From NCBI GenBank assembly GCA_031379665.1, contig JANNFI010000046.1, forward strand, positions 33,899 through 97,898: a stretch of DNA of 64,000 bases, written 5' to 3'. Origin of the DNA: Ignavibacteria bacterium. GTDB taxonomy: Bacteria; Bacteroidota; Ignavibacteria; UBA10030; SZUA-254. The notes under the pieces were generated by a model that saw only the letters and a program-made list of their open reading frames with translations, was not told the DNA's origin and made no database searches. Every line of letters starts with the position of its first letter. The first letter of the stretch is position 1. Position numbers and translations under genes: made by a program. Below are positions 61,620 through 64,000 of this stretch, one piece after another.

Positions 61620-64000
61620 ATGGCAACGAAAAAATCCTCAGCAACGCCCACCGGCCGGCTGTTTCTCCTCGACGGGATGGCCCTCGTCTATCGCGCCTAC
61701 TTCTCGTTCATCAGCAGGCCCCTCATCAATTCGCGTGGCGAGAACACCAGCGCGATTTTCGGCTTCGTCAACACCCTGATGAAGATCCTGAACGTCGACC
61801 GCCCCGAGCACATCGCCGTGGTCTACGACACGAAGGAACCGACGTTCCGGCACAAGATGTTCGAACCGTACAAGGCGACGAGGGAGAAAATGCCCGAGGA
61901 CCTGGCCGGACAGCTCGACAAGCTCAAGGAGGTGGTGAGGGCCTTCAACGTCCCCGGCCTGGAGCTCCCGGGCTTCGAGGCAGACGACGTGATGGGAACG
62001 CTGGCCCGGATGGCCGAGCGCAACGGCATCGAAACCTACCTCGTCACCGGGGACAAGGATTTCATGCAGCTGATCTCCCCGCTCATCAAGATGTACAGGC
62101 CCGGCAAACAGGGGGACGACTGGGAAGTCCTCGACGAACGTGCCGTGACCGCGAAATTCGGTGTGAGACCGGCCCTGGTGACCGAAGTCCTCGCGATCGT
62201 GGGAGACAAGTCGGACAATGTACCCGGAGTGCGAGGCATCGGCGACAAGACCGCGATCCCGCTCGTGCAGGAATTCGAGACCCTTGAAAACATTTACCGC
62301 AACCTCGACCGTATTCCCCAGAAGGGGGTGAGGCAAAAACTCGCCGACGGCGAGTCGTCGGCCTACCTCTCGAGGAAGCTCGTCACGATCGACACCTCGG
62401 CGCCAGTGAGCGCGGCGATCGACGACCTCGTCGCCCGTCCACCCGACGTCCCGAAGCTCCTCCGGCTCTTTGCGGAACTCGAATTCCGGGCGCTCCTGAA
62501 AAAATTCGGGGCAGCTGAAGGCGGGATTCCCCCCACGACAGGCGCCGGAGCCGTGGGGACGCCCGCGGGCCCTCCGCTGACGACCGACTCCCCGGAAGCC
62601 GCACCGCATCCCTCCCCCCTGGATGACATCGCCTCGGTCCCCCACCGGTACGTCACGCTGACGACCGAGAAGGAGTGCCGCGAGGTGGCCGCTAAACTCC
62701 GGAAGGCGAAAATCTTCGCCGTCGACACCGAGACGACCTCGACCGACGCGTTGCGCGCCGAGCTCGTCGGGATTTCGCTCGCGACCGAGCCCGGGCACGC
62801 GTGGTATGTGCCGGTCCTGGACGACCGGCCTCCCGCAGGGTCGGAGCCTGCGGGAACCCAGGGTGAACTCGGCGGGGGCAGAACCCGTACCGGAATTCCC
62901 TGGAGCCGTATCTCGGAAATCCTCGGGCCACTCCTTGAAGACCCCGCGCTGAAGAAGGTCGGCCAGAACATCAAGTTCGATATGCTCGTGTTCGGCGCGC
63001 ACGGCGTGACGATGGCGGGGATCCACTTCGATACCATGGTGGCGAGCTACATCCTCAGGCCGGACGGCGCGCACAACATGGACGCCCTCGCCGAAGAGCA
63101 CCTGCGGTACAGGACCATCACCTACGACGACCTCACCGGCACCGGCAGGAACAGGAAGGACATCCGCGATATCGACCCCGCAAAGCTCGCGGAGTACGCC
63201 GCCGAGGACGCCGACGTCACGCTCCGGCTCTATCAGGCGATCGGCGCGAAGCTCGACCCCGGGAAGACCGCCATCTGCCGCGACCTCGAGTTTCCGCTCA
63301 TCGAGGTGCTCGCGCGAATGGAGGCGAACGGCGTCGCGCTCGACACCGCCTATCTCGCGGACCTGTCGAAGGAGCTCGAGCGGAACATCGACAACCTGAC
63401 CCGTAGCATCCACGGCCACGCCGGGTGCGACTTCAACGTCAACTCGACGCAACAGCTCGGCAAGGTCCTCTTCGAAACGCTCGGCCTCCCCACGGCGAAG
63501 AAAACCAAGACCGGCTTCTCCACCGACGTAAGCGTGCTTGAATCGCTCCGGCACGGACATCCCATCGTCGAAGCGCTGCTCGAATACCGGCAGCTCCAGA
63601 AGCTGAAGTCGACCTACGTCGACGCGCTCCCCACACTCGTGAACCCGGCGACCGGGAGGCTGCACACGTCGTACAACCAGACGGTGGCCCTGACCGGGCG
63701 GCTCTCGAGCAGCGACCCGAACCTCCAGAACATTCCGATCCGAACCGAACTCGGCGGAAGCATCAGGAGGGCGTTCGTCCCGGGAGCGAAGGGGCGCAGG
63801 ATCCTCTCGGCCGACTATTCACAGATCGAACTACGCATCATGGCGCACGTCTGCGGTGACGCCGGACTCACCACCGCCTTCCGCAACGGCGAGGACATCC
63901 ACACCACGACCGCCTCGGGGGTGTTCGGGGTCGGAGCGACAGAAGTCACGAAGGAAATGCGGAGAAAGGCCAAGGAGGTGAATTTCGGGATTATGTACGG
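61620..64000 (+). CDS. polA: DNA polymerase I, 3'-truncated at the window end.
   Basis: Manual translation from ATG 61620: LFLLDGMALVYRAYF (5'-3' exonuclease), FAVDTETTS (3'-5' exonuclease), DYSQIELRIMAH (motif A), KEVNFGIMY (motif B). Not in the ORF track because it has no stop inside the window. Confidence 0.9.
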   Translation, partial: MATKKSSATPTGRLFLLDGMALVYRAYFSFISRPLINSRGENTSAIFGFVNTLMKILNVDRPEHIAVVYDTKEPTFRHKMFEPYKATREKMPEDLAGQLDKLKEVVRAFNVPGLELPGFEADDVMGTLARMAERNGIETYLVTGDKDFMQLISPLIKMYRPGKQGDDWEVLDERAVTAKFGVRPALVTEVLAIVGDKSDNVPGVRGIGDKTAIPLVQEFETLENIYRNLDRIPQKGVRQKLADGESSAYLSRKLVTIDTSAPVSAAIDDLVARPPDVPKLLRLFAELEFRALLKKFGAAEGGIPPTTGAGAVGTPAGPPLTTDSPEAAPHPSPLDDIASVPHRYVTLTTEKECREVAAKLRKAKIFAVDTETTSTDALRAELVGISLATEPGHAWYVPVLDDRPPAGSEPAGTQGELGGGRTRTGIPWSRISEILGPLLEDPALKKVGQNIKFDMLVFGAHGVTMAGIHFDTMVASYILRPDGAHNMDALAEEHLRYRTITYDDLTGTGRNRKDIRDIDPAKLAEYAAEDADVTLRLYQAIGAKLDPGKTAICRDLEFPLIEVLARMEANGVALDTAYLADLSKELERNIDNLTRSIHGHAGCDFNVNSTQQLGKVLFETLGLPTAKKTKTGFSTDVSVLESLRHGHPIVEALLEYRQLQKLKSTYVDALPTLVNPATGRLHTSYNQTVALTGRLSSSDPNLQNIPIRTELGGSIRRAFVPGAKGRRILSADYSQIELRIMAHVCGDAGLTTAFRNGEDIHTTTASGVFGVGATEVTKEMRRKAKEVNFGIMY

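Noticed and set aside
61638-63665. 675-aa minus-strand ORF spanning most of the polA region.
   Set aside because: The plus-strand frame has unmistakable Pol I motifs; the antisense ORF is a GC-rich artefact.

Overview
This is a high-GC (about 65%) bacterial window, and the many T9SS (Por) C-terminal sorting domains place it in the FCB superphylum; phylum not determinable from sequence alone. Every predicted gene from position 1 to about 60.18 kb is on the minus strand, and the strand switches only for an MFS transporter and a 3'-truncated polA at the right edge. From left to right: (i) housekeeping genes (dtd, prmC, a metalloenzyme-family protein). (ii) An orphan partner-switching module: GAF-GAF-PP2C phosphatase, RsbW-like kinase, STAS antagonist, and a multi-TM GAF-PP2C sensor phosphatase. 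(iii) A MATE transporter, a TPR protein, tRNA-Arg(CCG), tsaC, a GT9 heptosyltransferase, an LpxL-type acyltransferase and a GWxTD-domain protein. (iv) From 13.8 to 56.7 kb, an uninterrupted array of about 13 very large secreted proteins, most ending in the NYPNPFNP-type T9SS C-terminal domain. Each is followed by its own strong hairpin terminator, and they share recurring uncharacterised modules. A PorU-like/PorV pair sits inside the array, as does a three-gene chaperone-usher-like operon (small pilin-like protein, PapD-like chaperone, 859-aa outer-membrane usher-like protein). (v) A tRNA-Asp / GvpL-GvpF-like coiled-coil protein / tRNA-Ser island, an EamA transporter, an MFS transporter and polA. 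No CRISPR, transposase or integrase was recognised. Many long opposite-strand ORFs in the six-frame track are GC-rich frame artefacts.
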